64,000 nucleotides of DNA from Vezdaea acicularis (Eukaryota): the NCBI GenBank assembly GCA_026025075.1, contig JAPEUI010000014.1, positions 62,001 to 126,000 of the forward strand, written 5' to 3'. Shown here piece after piece: positions 46,560 through 60,057 of the stretch. Numbering within the stretch: the stretch's first letter is position 1; the number at the start of each line of letters is the position of its first letter. The notes under the pieces were generated by a model. The model saw only the letters and a program-made list of their open reading frames with translations, made no database searches and had not been told where the DNA came from. The translations under genes were made by a program, and so were the position numbers.

Positions 46560-49014
46560 TTAGACGCCAGACCCCTCACTCTCTGACGCCCGACGCAGGG
46601 TGACCCTGAACCGCCCGGTTCCTCCCGGAAAGAAACCCTCATCACATACATGTCGGGCTCTTGCGGGGTCCACCCAGCCTGCGCTACTGTCCCAAGCATC
46701 AACTCCCGGAACATCCTCCCAGCCCGCGATCGCACCCCAAGCGGTGGCCAGCGTGAACATCTCGGCATCAGGCATGAACTGGAGAATCTTGTCCAGGTAG
46801 GGTTGATTGGGGTTCATCATCATCGGACGAAGACGGTCACGCCGCTCATTGATCGCTCTGATGCCATGGGGAATTCTGTGGCTTGGATTCAGACTGCACT
46901 GGTCCCAGTTAAGAGTCGGAAGTATCGCATATCCGCAAGACACAAGCTTGATCTCCTCGAGTGGGGCATCAGTATTCCGCTTTGGAAGTTTGCTTTGAAG
47001 CCCTTGCGCAAATCTCTTTTCCGCGAGGGTTGGCCCAGGTGTGATTCCTTCGATGACATCGATCCATGAGCCTGGTCGGCATGGCCCCATCCAAGCGTAT
47101 GCTGGCTCCATGAATCGTGGTTCAGACGCCGGTGGGAAGTTTGTCAACGGTCTTTCGATAACGTTCTGTTGGAGGTTATGTGTTGCGCGTGGAAGTATCC
47201 AGACCGCCTTCATGGGCTGGACCGTGATGGAGAACGAATCGAGTGTTAGCGTCCGAAGTGACTTCTTGTGGTCGGTCACAAAGTCCATCAATGCTTTGGG
47301 GGTGGCCCAGCAATTAGACAAAGTCAGGTGCTGAACCCAAGGAAGCATCAGAGCTTTGGATGCTCTATCCGTTGGTTTCAAGAACTCTTCTGCGCCTGCC
47401 ATTATGGGTGCTGACAACAACTGAGCATTGCGAGTGAAGAGCCCTTGGGCCCGCTCGCCGCCTCCAATCCAACCAAACTCGAGCGTCTTCAGGCTCTTCA
47501 GTGGCGAAATGAATTCTTGTAGAAGCGTAAAGATGAGTTCCACTGATTCTGAAGGACCCACGTTATTGATGCATACGACTGGAGCAGGATATGCACTAGA
47601 GGCACGCCAGTCAGGGCTGACGTTTAAGGAGAGTCTAGTGAGATTTGGAAAACATGTCCAGAAATCTCTTCGGCCAAAGTCTTCGACCAATCCACTTGGA
47701 AGACGAGCCAGGTTCAACGTGTGCACGTGCGCGAAACTATTGTTCATAATAGACCGCATCCACAATGAGAGAAACCCACGCTGAGCCCAGCTTGTCATGA
47801 GCAGCCATTGCTTCTGAATTGTTGTGAGCTTGACAGGAATCAATGGGCCTCTTCCTCCCATGCCTCCAGACGAACCTAAGGGGGCGGGGTCCCACGGTCC
47901 AAGATACTCTCGCGCGAATCTAACTTCGAACTCGGCATCGCGAGTAACCCACACATTCTGTATCATTTGCAGCTTATCCCGTGCATCAAAGTTCGGGTGT
48001 TTCGTATGTATAACCTTGTGCATACTTCCCAAAGTTTCCGTTGCTGTATGGGATGTATGGGTGGCTAAGTTTTGAGAACCAGACTTTAAAGAATTGAGCC
48101 TGCGTCTGAACACCGGGAAATCTGCCACGTCTCTTTGCTTTTGATCTGTCACGTCAGGACCACTAAGCCATCCCAAGCCACTACTCATTGATAGTCCAAT
48201 ATCCTGAACCTTTGTTAACTTCGAGAATGCATTGGTCAGTTCATCCGCCCTGTCGCCCCCTATTTCCAAATCGGCACATTGCCAAAATCGAGTATAGTTC
48301 TCAGGAGGAAAACGGTATCCTCCATTAAAGGACTTGTATATTGCGGTCAAGACTTCTTCTGATAGGTCGCTGAGGTGCACTGGGCGGAAGTATTAGCTAT
48401 TGCGTACAAGCATCGGAACCCTACTTTGAAGGACTGTGTCCCATATCGTAAGAGACTCAATGACATACATTCTTTAACTTCAAAGGCCATCGCGCATTGT
48501 TCATATGCTGCCCAAATCGGTGAAAGAAACTTGCCGCAAAGCCGATCTCTTCGCCTGGGCCTTCACTGCACGGAGCACCATCCACAAACAGGGACGGCGG
48601 AACCTCTCTTCCACGAAGTTTTTCCTCTTCTGCTAGCAGCTTGGCCAAGGACATGCGCTCGTATATGTGTGTGGGAGTTAAAGGTCGAAAAGGGAGAACG
48701 ATCTTTGCGAAAATGATTCCAGCCGCGTTCCATTCGAACGCCCGGCAGACCAATCTTACGTTCTGCCTATCTTCGTGCGGGAGGAAAGACAGAACACGTT
48801 GAAAAATCTCCACTGGAAGACACTCAACTTTGGGTTCCGGAAGTACTCGATTGCTTGACGCTATAGGGGTTGATTGAGTGGATGTGCTGGAGGGATCCAC
48901 TTTTTCGCTATGCGAAACGTCTTTGCTGCATTCCTCTGTGGAACTTGGATTGTAAAGAGACCCTGGGTCATCTTGGGGCCCGATTCCGTCTGAGGAAGCT
49001 ATAGGGGATTTCAT
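46560..49014 (-). CDS. Fungal F-box domain protein; apparent frameshift near 48500, possibly a pseudogene
   Basis: F-box LPVEIFQRVLSFLPHEDRQNVRLVCRAF. Exon 2 has SGLGWLSGPD, GWIGGGERAQG and GTGRF. Intron 48380-48468 (GTATGT..CTAAT..CAG) is out of phase with the exon 1 ORF. Confidence 0.72.
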
Positions 49015-49961
49015 ACTTAGAATTAGCAATGTTGTTCCCTCCTTTGAAGGGCAACTTGGATCTAGTTGATAGCCTTGGTCTAATTACCGTTGTTATGCTA
49101 CCAGACCTCATCCACTCAGGAAGATGCTAGGGCTTCCTGAGATAATAAAACCTGTGATGGTTCAATATATTGTGAGTCTAGTTATCGCACCAGACGATCC
49201 GTCACAGAGACATGTAGGTTAAGAGATCGGGATATCTGCGTTTCGACAGGAAACGCAACTGTAGAAATCTACACGACAAGATTCCTACAAGGAACCACAA
49301 TGAGATTGAGGGTGATGCACTGAAAGTGCATGAGCCTTCTATGATCCCTATAGATACTATAGTCCAAAGAAGGCCTTGGAAGAAAAAAGAGGAAAACGCC
49401 CAAAGCCAATCTTGTTGGCTTTGGCGGAAGTATAACAGTCAAATGCCTATCTCAGGGGGGGTGATAAGCAAACAATAGATCTAGTCATAGGAACAGTAGT
49501 AGTAGAAGTGTATGAGAGTGCGTGGTATCGGTCAATAATCAGGTCTGATAGGATGGCCTTTTGTTGATGTTTGATTTCCCACCTCGCTGACGATAAAATT
49601 CCGTGGAGAGGCTCGGCTGGACGACGATATTATGACAACAGCCAAGTCGCTTCGGAAGGGCTAACGTGACGCGCATTTCCATTCCCTGCCCTCCAAAGTC
49701 TGTAGAACTCACCATTGTGTAGCACTCCGTTGCGTCTGGCTCATGTGTGTAGTAACAGTTGTGGTTTTGCAATCCGATACTGATTGCATGCCTGATAATC
49801 AGCCACGGGTCACAGGCAGGCTGATCCACGCGGCTGCCCAAAGCCCCAAGGTTCAAGCTGCTCTACCATGATCCCTACCCTCGCCTATAACAGTAACTAT
49901 GCTTGTCAATACTAAGAGCTAGAGTAGAGAGGAGTAAATGTGACTTTATCTCTCTCATAAT

Positions 49962-51638
49962 CTACGCCTCATCAACCCAGCCTAGTGCCTGTCCGACTTT
50001 GACTTTCTGGCCTCTCTCAACCGCCCAAACCCAGCCCCCCTTTCTCTCTCCCTCCCAGCCCTCATCAAAACTCTTTCGCTTCCCTTTCGGCGCCTCGAAA
50101 ACCATCACAATGGTGCTTCCTAACTGGAATCCACCCATCTCTTCACCCCTACGCAGCGCATGGCCCCCTAGCAGCTGACTCGCTCCGCCGTACGTAGCTT
50201 CCGCAAACCCGCTGTACGCTTCTCCTCTCCGCGCAGCCGCCTCCGCCTGCCTATCCGCCTCGGTATCAGTCGTCAGACTGTTCGTACGCAGCTCTCTGTC
50301 AAAGTTGATTTTAATACTGCCGACATTTGTGGCACCAACCGGCGTAAAGCTAAAGAAACCCCACCTCCATCGTCCAAGTAGTACGACACGCTCATTCAAA
50401 GTAAAGAGTCCGGGAAGTGTCCGTTGAAGATAGGGCGAGACACTGTAAAGCTCCCCAGCAAAATGGCGCCGCTTCTCAGCTACCCAAGAGGTGGGACTGT
50501 GGAAGCGATGGTAGTCCCCAGGAGCCAGGTAGACCACAACGTAATAGAGTGCTGTTCGATGCGTACTGGTAAGACGAGTATACCATGGTGATGTTGTGTC
50601 TCCAAGCGCAAGGTCAGCGCGAACTTCAGCTTCGGAGGCAGGTTTAGGGGTGGTGGAGGCGTCCGTAGATGGTTGCGAAGGAGCTTCAGAGGACGATGGG
50701 CCCGAGAAGAGGTTGGGAAGTGTATATGAGATGCCATTCACGCGGGCGAATTCTTCGTCCGATTTGATGAGTTGCTCATCTCCTTCTTGGTGACGAAGAT
50801 GTGTTTTGGCATCTTGCGGTGCGAGGATCGAGGACACCAAGGAATAAGGGGAGGGAGTAGGAGAGGGCGATGATGCTCCTGACTTTGTCGATCCAAGGAG
50901 AGCGTCCAAGCTATAGGTCATACCTTTGACTTGCTCCACTTCGCCATCTTCTATGGTCCCGAACTGCAGTACGCGCCCATCTGCTGGGCTTAGAAGAGCT
51001 GCCTGGTTTGGATCGAGAGGTCGTACGCCAGGCTTGAGGGTACGGTAGAAGAATGCCGCGAGATTGGGGTAGACGTGAAGATCTGGCTCTGAAACTTCAG
51101 AGAGGTTGACACCAAAAATCCAAGAGTAGAGCCTGAAGCCGGGCACGCGTAGGTAGTATGGAATCTGAAGCTCATTGAACCAGCCCCAGAGACGGGAGAC
51201 AGCTTTCAGAGGAAGCGTCGACATGACCTGGACCTGCCAGGGGCCACTCGGCCGTATACGTTTCCGCTTTTTTGGCCTCCCATGTTCGTCAGGCTCTTTA
51301 CTCCCAGTATCTGTGTCAACCTCCAATTCTGCTTCGTCCCTGAGGAGTTGTTCCCTCTGGCGCATCCGGTATAACTGAGCGAATCCCAGGAAGCCTATCC
51401 CCAAGCCTACCGGTATTGGGTACCACTCTGTTTTTGTATTCCTCCATGCTGTGCCTAAACGTTTCGAAAAAGATTGCTGGGTTTGTTGCTGCTCATGGCG
51501 ACGGCTGGAAGGCGAGAACTGGCGGATGCTACATTGGTGATGACGATAAAACGCTGACGTATGCGGGGCATGGCGGCCCAGCGGAGATATACATATGTAT
51601 GTGCGCCGGAGTGCTGATCGACGTAGTCTCTGTGCCAT
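49962..51638 (-). CDS. PSD1: Mitochondrial phosphatidylserine decarboxylase 1
   Basis: Arg/Ser-rich presequence, TM segment, LPLKAVSRLWG, SPADG, YLAPGDYHRFHSP, GATNVGSI, autocleavage LGST. Intronless. Confidence 0.96.
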   Translation of the reverse strand: MAQRLRRSALRRTYICISPLGRHAPHTSAFYRHHQCSIRQFSPSSRRHEQQQTQQSFSKRLGTAWRNTKTEWYPIPVGLGIGFLGFAQLYRMRQREQLLRDEAELEVDTDTGSKEPDEHGRPKKRKRIRPSGPWQVQVMSTLPLKAVSRLWGWFNELQIPYYLRVPGFRLYSWIFGVNLSEVSEPDLHVYPNLAAFFYRTLKPGVRPLDPNQAALLSPADGRVLQFGTIEDGEVEQVKGMTYSLDALLGSTKSGASSPSPTPSPYSLVSSILAPQDAKTHLRHQEGDEQLIKSDEEFARVNGISYTLPNLFSGPSSSEAPSQPSTDASTTPKPASEAEVRADLALGDTTSPWYTRLTSTHRTALYYVVVYLAPGDYHRFHSPTSWVAEKRRHFAGELYSVSPYLQRTLPGLFTLNERVVLLGRWRWGFFSFTPVGATNVGSIKINFDRELRTNSLTTDTEADRQAEAAARRGEAYSGFAEATYGGASQLLGGHALRRGEEMGGFQLGSTIVMVFEAPKGKRKSFDEGWEGERKGGWVWAVERGQKVKVGQALGWVDEA

Positions 51639-51951
51639 CTTCAGAGTGTGGCATATTGACTGTTAGATCTTCAATTCCATGGCTGCATTTTTTGATGGAG
51701 ATGTAGAGCTACCAGGACGGAAGCTCGCTTCAAATACCGAGGAAATATTTCGGGATCGCGAAATCGACTTCGGATGGGACACGTCTTCCTGTTCAATTTC
51801 AACTTCCCCAGTCGCGAGTAGGGAGAGCTTGGTGCCACCGCGTGTCGAGCAGTGAAGCACAACATTGTCATGCGCTAGCTAAGAAGGGTCCGAAATATCC
51901 TGTGCCTCGCACCCGCTCATTCCACTCGAGCGATTCCGGAGTTTGTTGCAA

Positions 51952-54033
51952 ATGAACTCCTCCGCTGAAGCGCTTCCGGGCTCGACCCCGACAAAAGCTC
52001 CAATGTCACAATCACAAGCTACAATTTCTGTTCAGATCCTGTCTCCGTCTCCAGAAATCCCTAGTCCATTGTTGTTATCTTCTCTATCACCCGAAACGAC
52101 TGTGGCAGACTTAAAGCTTGAGATACAAAGCAGAGTAGCAACCAGGCCCGAACCCTTGAGGCAAAGACTGATCCATGGGGGCCGGATGTTGGCAAGGGAC
52201 TTGGAGACGTTAAGGGATATCTTTGGAGAAAGCGCAGTAGGTATCAACAAATTAAGAGTGGATAAGCGTTCTGACTAGCTTGCCTAGCTTCAAAATTCCT
52301 CAACCCATAGCCTTCATCTTGTCCTTCGTCCTACGAATGAATCAGCACCTCAAACCACCCCACATCAGCCTCATCAACATGTGCCAGCTCATCCTCCTAA
52401 TCCTGTCCCTCAGTTTCGCGGTCCCCCAGGCCCGCAATATCAACAGATTCCACAGCGGGTGGGCCAACCTGGGCAATTAGACCACCAAGCATTGCTTGCC
52501 CATTTCCAGGCTCTTGCACAGGGGATGCTGTCGCCACAGATAGCAGGCGTTGTCCAGAACGAGATTGCCATAATGCATCAGCAGGCCCAGAATCGTCAAT
52601 TCCCGCCTGTACCGCCTAACCCAGCCGTGCCCCAGGGATTTCAACCTAACATTATACCCCCCTTTCCGCAACTCCACGGAGCCGGAATTCAACTACCGCA
52701 TCCGAACTTCCAGCAACTTGTCGCTGAGGGGCAACAAGCCCGAGCTGCTGCTGGACAGCATGGTCTGCCTGGTGCTACACCAGTGCTTCGACCTGGAAGT
52801 GCTCCAAATCTCACACCCCGCCATCCACCCAGCCCTACAGACCCACACCCCGCAAATAGTTCTATGGCTCCTCGCCCAGATGCCGAATCCCAGATCCCTA
52901 TGCCAGAAATAGCCACTACAACGACCACAGAGGGCCAGAACGCGAATGGGGGATCATGGCGTATCACTGTGAACGAAAGCACTACAACAACACGAAACGC
53001 ACCTCACCCATCTACCTTTCCGCCGCGGTTGACTTCGTTCGCAGGGGGAACAGCCCACATTCCGCTCCTATCAGCGCCTACCTTAGGCTCCAGCCTTAGT
53101 CCAAGACCTTATGATCCACGCGCAGCATCTGTGTATCTACTTTCTTCCCCAAACGGTCCCGTAGGTCTAGTGATGGACCAGCAAAGTCTCTACACCTACG
53201 GCAGCCTACCACGTGCCCCAGCTCAACGCCCATCCAGCGGACCAGGCAGCGTACGAGCCCGCGAGCAGCTCCGCGCCGAGATCACCGCCCGCCAAGCCGC
53301 AAACCAGCCTCACCCCGCAGCGCAAGCAAACCCTGCCCGCAATCTAGCCGCGCTGCTTCTACCTCTCGGAGGCAATATATGGCTGCTCGTCCGCCTCCTA
53401 GGCTTCATCTGGTTCTTCACATCTGCCAACGGGTGGAGCCGCACGTTGCTCATGGGACTCGCTGTCATGCTTGTCTTTGCCGCACAGACCGGCATTCTCG
53501 CTGCTCTCCAGGAAAGCTTGTGGGGCCCTGTTCGGCGGCACCTCGAAGGCGTCCTCCCGCTCACTGATAATCGGCCCCCTCCCGGCGCTGCCGCTCGCCC
53601 ACCAGCGAATACTGACGCCGGCAGAGACGGAGCCCAGCTCCCCCCTGACCCCGCCGAGGCAGCGACGCGGCTTGTGCAGCAGCGACAACAACAGAACGCC
53701 GGGTGGGTAATGCAGCGTATACGAGCGTTAGAACGTGCAAGCTTGATGTTCCTCGCCAGTCTCGTACCTGGCATCTGGGAGAGACACCGGGCTGCTAGAG
53801 CTCAGGCTGAGGCGAATATATTGAGGGAGTTGGCGGAGACAGCGCGGAGAGCAGAGGAGGCGGAACGGGAAGGGAGGGAGGAGGGCGAGATTGATGAGAA
53901 TGGAAATGAGTATTTGGCTGGCGAGGTCAATACTCCTGCGGTTGGGGCGGACGGGGGAGCTGGTCCTGTGGCGCCGGATAGCTCGCAAGGTCTGCCGGAT
54001 GCTCAGCAGCAGCAGGCGGCGGTCACGGCTTAG
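51952..54033 (+). CDS. Ubiquitin-like domain membrane protein (HERP/Usa1-like ERAD factor)
   Basis: N-terminal Ubl (TVADLK..QRLIHGGRML..THSLHLVLRP after intron ~52238-52288), YLLSSPNGP, TM pair IWLLVRLLGFIWFF, FLASLVPG. Confidence 0.8.
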
Positions 54034-54156
54034 AAGGTAGGCCCTAAGCCTGTGAGATGAGTCACAGGGTTATGGGACTGAGTGTGTTACTTGGCCTACT
54101 CTGGCAAAACAACTGATCTGAAGTATTGCATGGAGACATTCTATGACAAACACATG

Positions 54157-55367
54157 CTACCTCGCCTTCCTCTCCCCACTCACAAGCAGCACTACACTGC
54201 CCAGCTGCCGCCTCAAATCCTCTTTCTCCACATCATGACTATCCTCCACCTCGCCCCACATGCCCGTCTGCCAATCGACCTCCAAACTCGCCGCCTGCGC
54301 CGCCCTCTCGATATCAAAAACTTCTCTCTGCCCCTCCCCAGCCGCGGCTGCAACCCCCACACTCTCGCTCCACTCGACCAGCAACCGCACCGCTCCAAGC
54401 AAGCCTTTACAAGCTAAGACCGCCCGCTCAAGCCCTACAAGTTCATACGCCGGTAGCCCGGTCAGCCAGCCGCGGATCACGCTCCGTGTCATCTCCGGCT
54501 GCGGCTTCGGCACTATACTCTCGCTATCCGTGACCGGCACGATTTCCACGCCGGGCCAGACGTGTCGGGCTAGGAACGAGGTGATGGGCATCGCGGTGCG
54601 GATCTGCAGGTCGCGCAGAGTCTCCACGCGGTCGCCTTCTAAGCTCGGCGCGGCCTTGATCGTGGACGGCGACTCGGGTGCCCAGCAGAGCATGGTGTCC
54701 GTGTCGAGGTAGCGCATCAGTGTATTCACAATGTCCTCCCGGGTGGGGTTTTGGGGTGATTGGGCGTCTTGTAATTGGAGGTCTTGCGCGCGCGCGGTGA
54801 GGGAGGTGAGCGGGATTAGGTGTTGGCGGGTGGCGTGGGCGGCGGTGGGGAGGAGCTCCCATTCTAGGGCGAGGGCGAGGGCGAGGTGGGGTTTCGAGCG
54901 GGGGATGAGGAGGGGGTGTTTGCTGGGGGTTTGAAGTGCGCGAGTGTCGAGGTGGATTTGGTAGCCATCTATGCGTGGCGTAGATAGGTCAGATATATTC
55001 GTTGAGGCATAAGGGGGGTTAGAATTGGGTTGGAGGTTAGCTCACCCTTGACCTCCCTAACGTGCACTTCTTTCCAGAAGCGCTTCCGGAGGGTAGCACC
55101 AGGTTTCTTCTGTGTGGTCTTTAGGGCTTGCGCTGGGTTCTGCAGCTCAGCCTGCCGCCTTCGCCGGGCAATTCGCTCTTCGTATGACGAAGCTGGGGGC
55201 ACAGGAGCGCTCGGCGGCGGACCAGACGAGGTAGTTGGTAGGGGAGTAGCACGTCGAGCGGAGGTTGTGTGGAGGCATTGCGAAGTCTGGAATGTTGATT
55301 TTCGACGAAAAGGAGATCGTGAGATAGCAAGGCGGAGAAGATGAGCTGCTGCAGATGACGAACTCAT
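54157..55367 (-). CDS. ATP12: Mitochondrial F1-ATPase assembly factor Atp12
   Basis: Presequence, KRFWKEVHV, LDTRALQTP, ALEWE, IPLTSLTARA, RYLDTDT, LEVDWQTGMWGEVEDSHDVE. Intron ~54970-55045. Confidence 0.95.
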
Positions 55368-55887
55368 TTTGATGTTGTTGGTGATGTTGATTCAGTGGCT
55401 TTGGCAGTGATCAAAATTATATCCGCGCTAGATTACCGAGCAGCTGCCCGTAAGTTACGGAAGTCGAAACTTGCCTCACGTGCAGCTTGGTTCTCATGGA
55501 GCCTCAATCCGACAATTCATACGGCGAGTTAAAATCTTTTGCTGTGGATCGTGAGGACGAAAAGAGACAGCCCTTCTATGCGCCTAAGTTTCTCAGCGTA
55601 TTCTCGCCAGATCGCGCGACAACGAACAAGACCCAGAAGGCGGAACAGGTAAAAGGGGCACAAAGTCGGCATGCAGGTCCAATTTGGATCATTAATTGTA
55701 GTGAAGGCGCTATTCTCTTCTGTTTCTATTGCATTCCAAAAGGAACAGAAATAAATGAGCGAGCTACTTGTTTAATAATCGTACCAACCCTCCTGTATCG
55801 CCTCCATAAGCCACAAAGAGCATTGGCTACACGTTCACTGCATATTGGGAGTCCTGACTTCTCCCTACCAGCCAGCCAATTGCCAAA

Positions 55888-57901
55888 TCAAATCCCAGAG
55901 TCGTCCTGATCAAAAGTAGATATATGGTTGTTCAACCAAATGGTCCAATTATTGCACGTCCGTTTAGTCGCGTCAAGGGACCCGATGGTCGGGATGATAT
56001 CTTTCTGACGCTCAAGGATTTCAAGAGCCAATCCGGAAGACGCATGCCAAGCAATATGGCAATGGAGCAGCCATACACCAGGGTTGTCACTCTTGAAAGC
56101 AATTGCTAAATAGCCTCCCGCTGGTAAAAGGGCTACATCCCGACGGGGCGGGTTTTTGAAGTTGAATGTGTTCGGGGAGGTCTTTTCGTCATATGTATCC
56201 TCGCTCTGCGCAAGAATAGCAAAATCATGGCCGTGCAGATGGATCGGGTGGGCCGCAGCGATAGTAGCTTTACTGGGGGGGCCGACAAACGCGGGCTTGC
56301 CCGTGACCACAAGATAGACCCATTCGTCGTCGTAGTTGTAATCGACAATGCAATATTCCGGGTTCCACGTCTTATTATGAAGGTTCAAGATTGACGGACT
56401 GCTGAAGTCGAGCCACAAGGGAGTATCTGTTAGGTCCCATCGATTCACGTTTCCGTGGAATTTTTGGTTGGAAATGCCAGCTTCGAAAGTATCCTCTGTA
56501 ACGTTATTTGCAGGATGTTGACCAACGCTCCATTCTACAATCGGGATCAGGCTTTCGTATGGTTCATCCGAGCACTTTGTAGGGAAATTCCAAGGATTTG
56601 ACTGTGGGAGAGCAGTACTGCTACTAGAGTATCGTAGAATGCCGGTAAGTGGGTTTGACTGCTCAATGTTACCACATCCTTCGGCAAGGACAGTTCGGAT
56701 CCAGTAATTGCCGTTAGGTGCTGGAGGATAATTGGTCAGCGCATCTGCTGTCACTATCACGGAGTACCTTTGGCCAATGCCAATGAGGACAGATTCAGTT
56801 TTGTATGGCTGTATGGGTACCAAGTCCGCCGTGATGACCTCCAAGATGTGGCCATCAATAGAGAAGACGAACTGCGACGCCGTCGAAGCGTTGATCAGAT
56901 GAAGAAGATATCTCTTTCCCTCCGTGACGACACGGGTAAAAATTGAGTCCCCACCAATGCAATTAGGATCAGTTGTATTAGGACAAGTGTAATGGCCATG
57001 TCCGCCCAGGAGAATTGACTGCATCAGCGGTGGGCCCGCAACTAGTTCGTGGTGGAAGTCCGAAAAAGCACTATTGTGGCTCCAGTCATTGATAAAGATA
57101 GGGTCGAATTCGAAGTCATAATCAGCGCTCGTTGGACCATGGATGAGCAAGGGTCCTGCGACTCCGTCTGGGTACTGCAAGCTATAATGGCTATGATACC
57201 ATGTGTGACCATATTGGAGAGCTTTGAAATGATAGGTGAAAGTGTCGTTAGTAGCAATGGGACACTGGGTTACACCGTTCACACCATCCATTTCGTTCGT
57301 ATGCAGTTGACGAATACCATGCCAGTGGACTGTCGTACCATTGGTCTGGATATAGTTGGTCACGTGGATGGCTGTCCTCATTCAGTATCTATCATATGAG
57401 TATCTAGAGCAAGTCATCATACTAATATCATCACCCCAGCAAGCCTCGATAAGGGGCCCAGGATAGGTATTATTGAAGGTCTTGCCGTGGATTTTGTTGT
57501 AGCCGTCAGGCGAGATTGGCAGATCCGTTGTATTTAGCCAGTACTACATATCATTAAACTGGAACTCCTTGGACTGCATGTGGGAAACGGTCACATACCT
57601 CGCGGTGAACACCTTTCGGCGTATGGTTCTCGTAGTCAGTCTTGATGTCATATTGAGACCACGGCGGGTATTCCGCGTTAGGGTTCGTGAGCCAGCAATC
57701 ACGAGATCCAACAGCATTGCAGAACTTATAATCTTTCATTTCAGGATAGGAGCATTGGAAGGTATTATGAGGGGAGTCACCTGCTGTATGAACAGCAGGT
57801 GTATCCCAGTTGAGTGGATGCTGCACATCGTCTTTCCCCGTGTAAGGAGTGAGAGTAATTAGATGGACAAGGACATCTAGACACGTTTTAAAGAACCCCA
57901 T
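55888..57901 (-). CDS. Laccase / multicopper oxidase (AA1)
   Basis: Cu motifs HWHG, WYHSH, HPIHLHGH, HCHIAWHASSGL (Leu axial position), C-terminal DSGI. Two introns (~57547-57598, ~57375-57422). Confidence 0.95.
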
Positions 57902-60057
57902 GGTCTTATATCTCTGGACGTTATAAGAAAGTATGAGAGAGTATGAGCGAGTTTGAGGGGATTGAAAGAGTACCAGGACCAATGTCCCGGGTTTTTGAAG
58001 GAGCGGGGTATGGCTGGTCCATGTCTAAGAGAGTAGGTGCATCATCATTGAGTGAAATGTGCGGGGTTTGATTCAATGGGAGAGAGTTCCGGAGCCCTTC
58101 GCTCCCTTGGCTTGAGCGGCTGGCTTTACTCGACCCTATTGGAGGATGGAGCTCTTGTAGCTATCCCCACATCATGTCAGCCCTGCAGAAGAGCGGGGGC
58201 CCCCTGACATAGGACACGCCCCCATATGCGTGTGGGCGGGACGACACATGCGTTGGTGTTTGTGATTTGTCTGCCTCGCAAACGGCGTCCAAGTAGAGAG
58301 CTGATCCACACTCGTCACGGTCCGAGCGGCTTCAGCTGAGAGGTGTGAAGCCTGTGCTCAGGAGGATGTTGCTTCTTGGTGGTATGAAACTCATTCCTCA
58401 ATTAGGGATAGCATGAGCTCCTCAGGTGCTTAGACCCCTGCAAATAAAACGCCCAACATGAGTCCGGCCACGGAACGCCCCGCAATATGCCCCAAAAGGT
58501 ATGAGACTAGTCCGTGAGAGTTAAGTTAGCCGGATTGCCGTCGAATAAAAGAGTGACCTCACGTCCATCGCGCGTGACAACAAATAGAGCTGCTCTTTGG
58601 AAGGACAATTGGCCCCGAAGTCAGCTGTATAGCCGGTTGCTGACCACCGATTAAGGCAGAGTTTCTGAGAACGACGGAGGAGCGAACCTTCCTGGATTTC
58701 ACTCCTCCGTCAGCATCCGGAGAACCCTGGCATGCGTCGCCGTGGATGGCACCCCTCGCCTCGAGGCAACGGAATACGACTTGGTCCTCGCTGATTTGAA
58801 TCAGTCTGTGTACTGGGAGGTCAACGGATGTCGCCCCGATCGTATGCATGCGCCAAGCTGTAAGCTGTGCGACTCGGGCCCGAACCGGCTACTTCCAACT
58901 TCCCCCTCCTCGCTTATGACAGCCTATCATAAGCGCAGCCCTTGCCCTCCTTCGTGCAAAGACCGTTCTTGGTTGATAATGCTTTGGAGAATGAAGAAAC
59001 AGAGGATGAACGGAGCGGAGGGAAGTGGAGCAGGTGATCGCGCGTCGAAGAATGACAGACTGAAAGATTGCCGACGCGTCCTGGATCAGCCTTGGCCATC
59101 TCGCGCTGGTGATCCATTTCTTTACCCACACACTCGAAAGGTTCGAAAAGGTGAACTCCGGTAAGACTTGGGATTAGAACGTCGATAGCGATGAGTTCCA
59201 ACCTTAAAAGATAGAATAGATTCAATTGCGAACATGAGCATTTCGGAGGGGCCCGACATCTGATAAGACCGCACGGTTCATGCCTATCATGAAGCTCCAG
59301 CTATTGTAGCGAACAGAGCATGGACAGTATCTGCTCTTGCTATCGATAACCTCCAATGCTCGCCCCTCATTAAAGCAAGATCATAAATGTGAGAAAAGGA
59401 ATTTTGGCCGAAGCGTGGAAGATACGGTGGAGGAACCAATGGGAAAGATCCAGAAGTGCATGCGAATGATGATTCGCTCATGTGTCTCTTCCTCCACTGG
59501 TGGACCGATTGTACCCCGCGTCTCCTATCGCTTTATCGCTTTATCGCGTCGTGGGCTTCGACCGACCATCGTGAAGAATTGCCTGCGTGCAACTCGGCCG
59601 GTGTTGCCTGATGTCTGAGGTGATAATGTCGTAGGAAGATTGAAGAATGGAGAGTACAGTACAATCCGACATTGCTTGCTTGAGAAGCCCTGTCCTCAAC
59701 GCCAAGGCAAACCTCATGAGAGGGGTTTGACATCATGAAGCCAGGCACTTGTTTCGCATGGTCTTACAGGCTTAGCTGCAAGAAAGCTTGATTGTTCGTG
59801 CCGCTAATTCTGACAGCGTATTGGCTCCCCCACCAAGCGCGGCCGGAGCTGTTGTTGCCAACTGGTGGGGTGTCTCGCACACCTACACGTATTCAGAAAA
59901 GCTGTGAAAACAGTTACGCAACAGCTATCCAACACCTCTCCACCTCATCTCATCTTCCCCGCTTCTCCACGTCTTCCACCCCTGGCCATCTGTTTTCCTA
60001 CAGTCTACGCAAGGTATCTCAGTTTTCACAGAAGCTCAGTCAATCGCATCTGCAATC

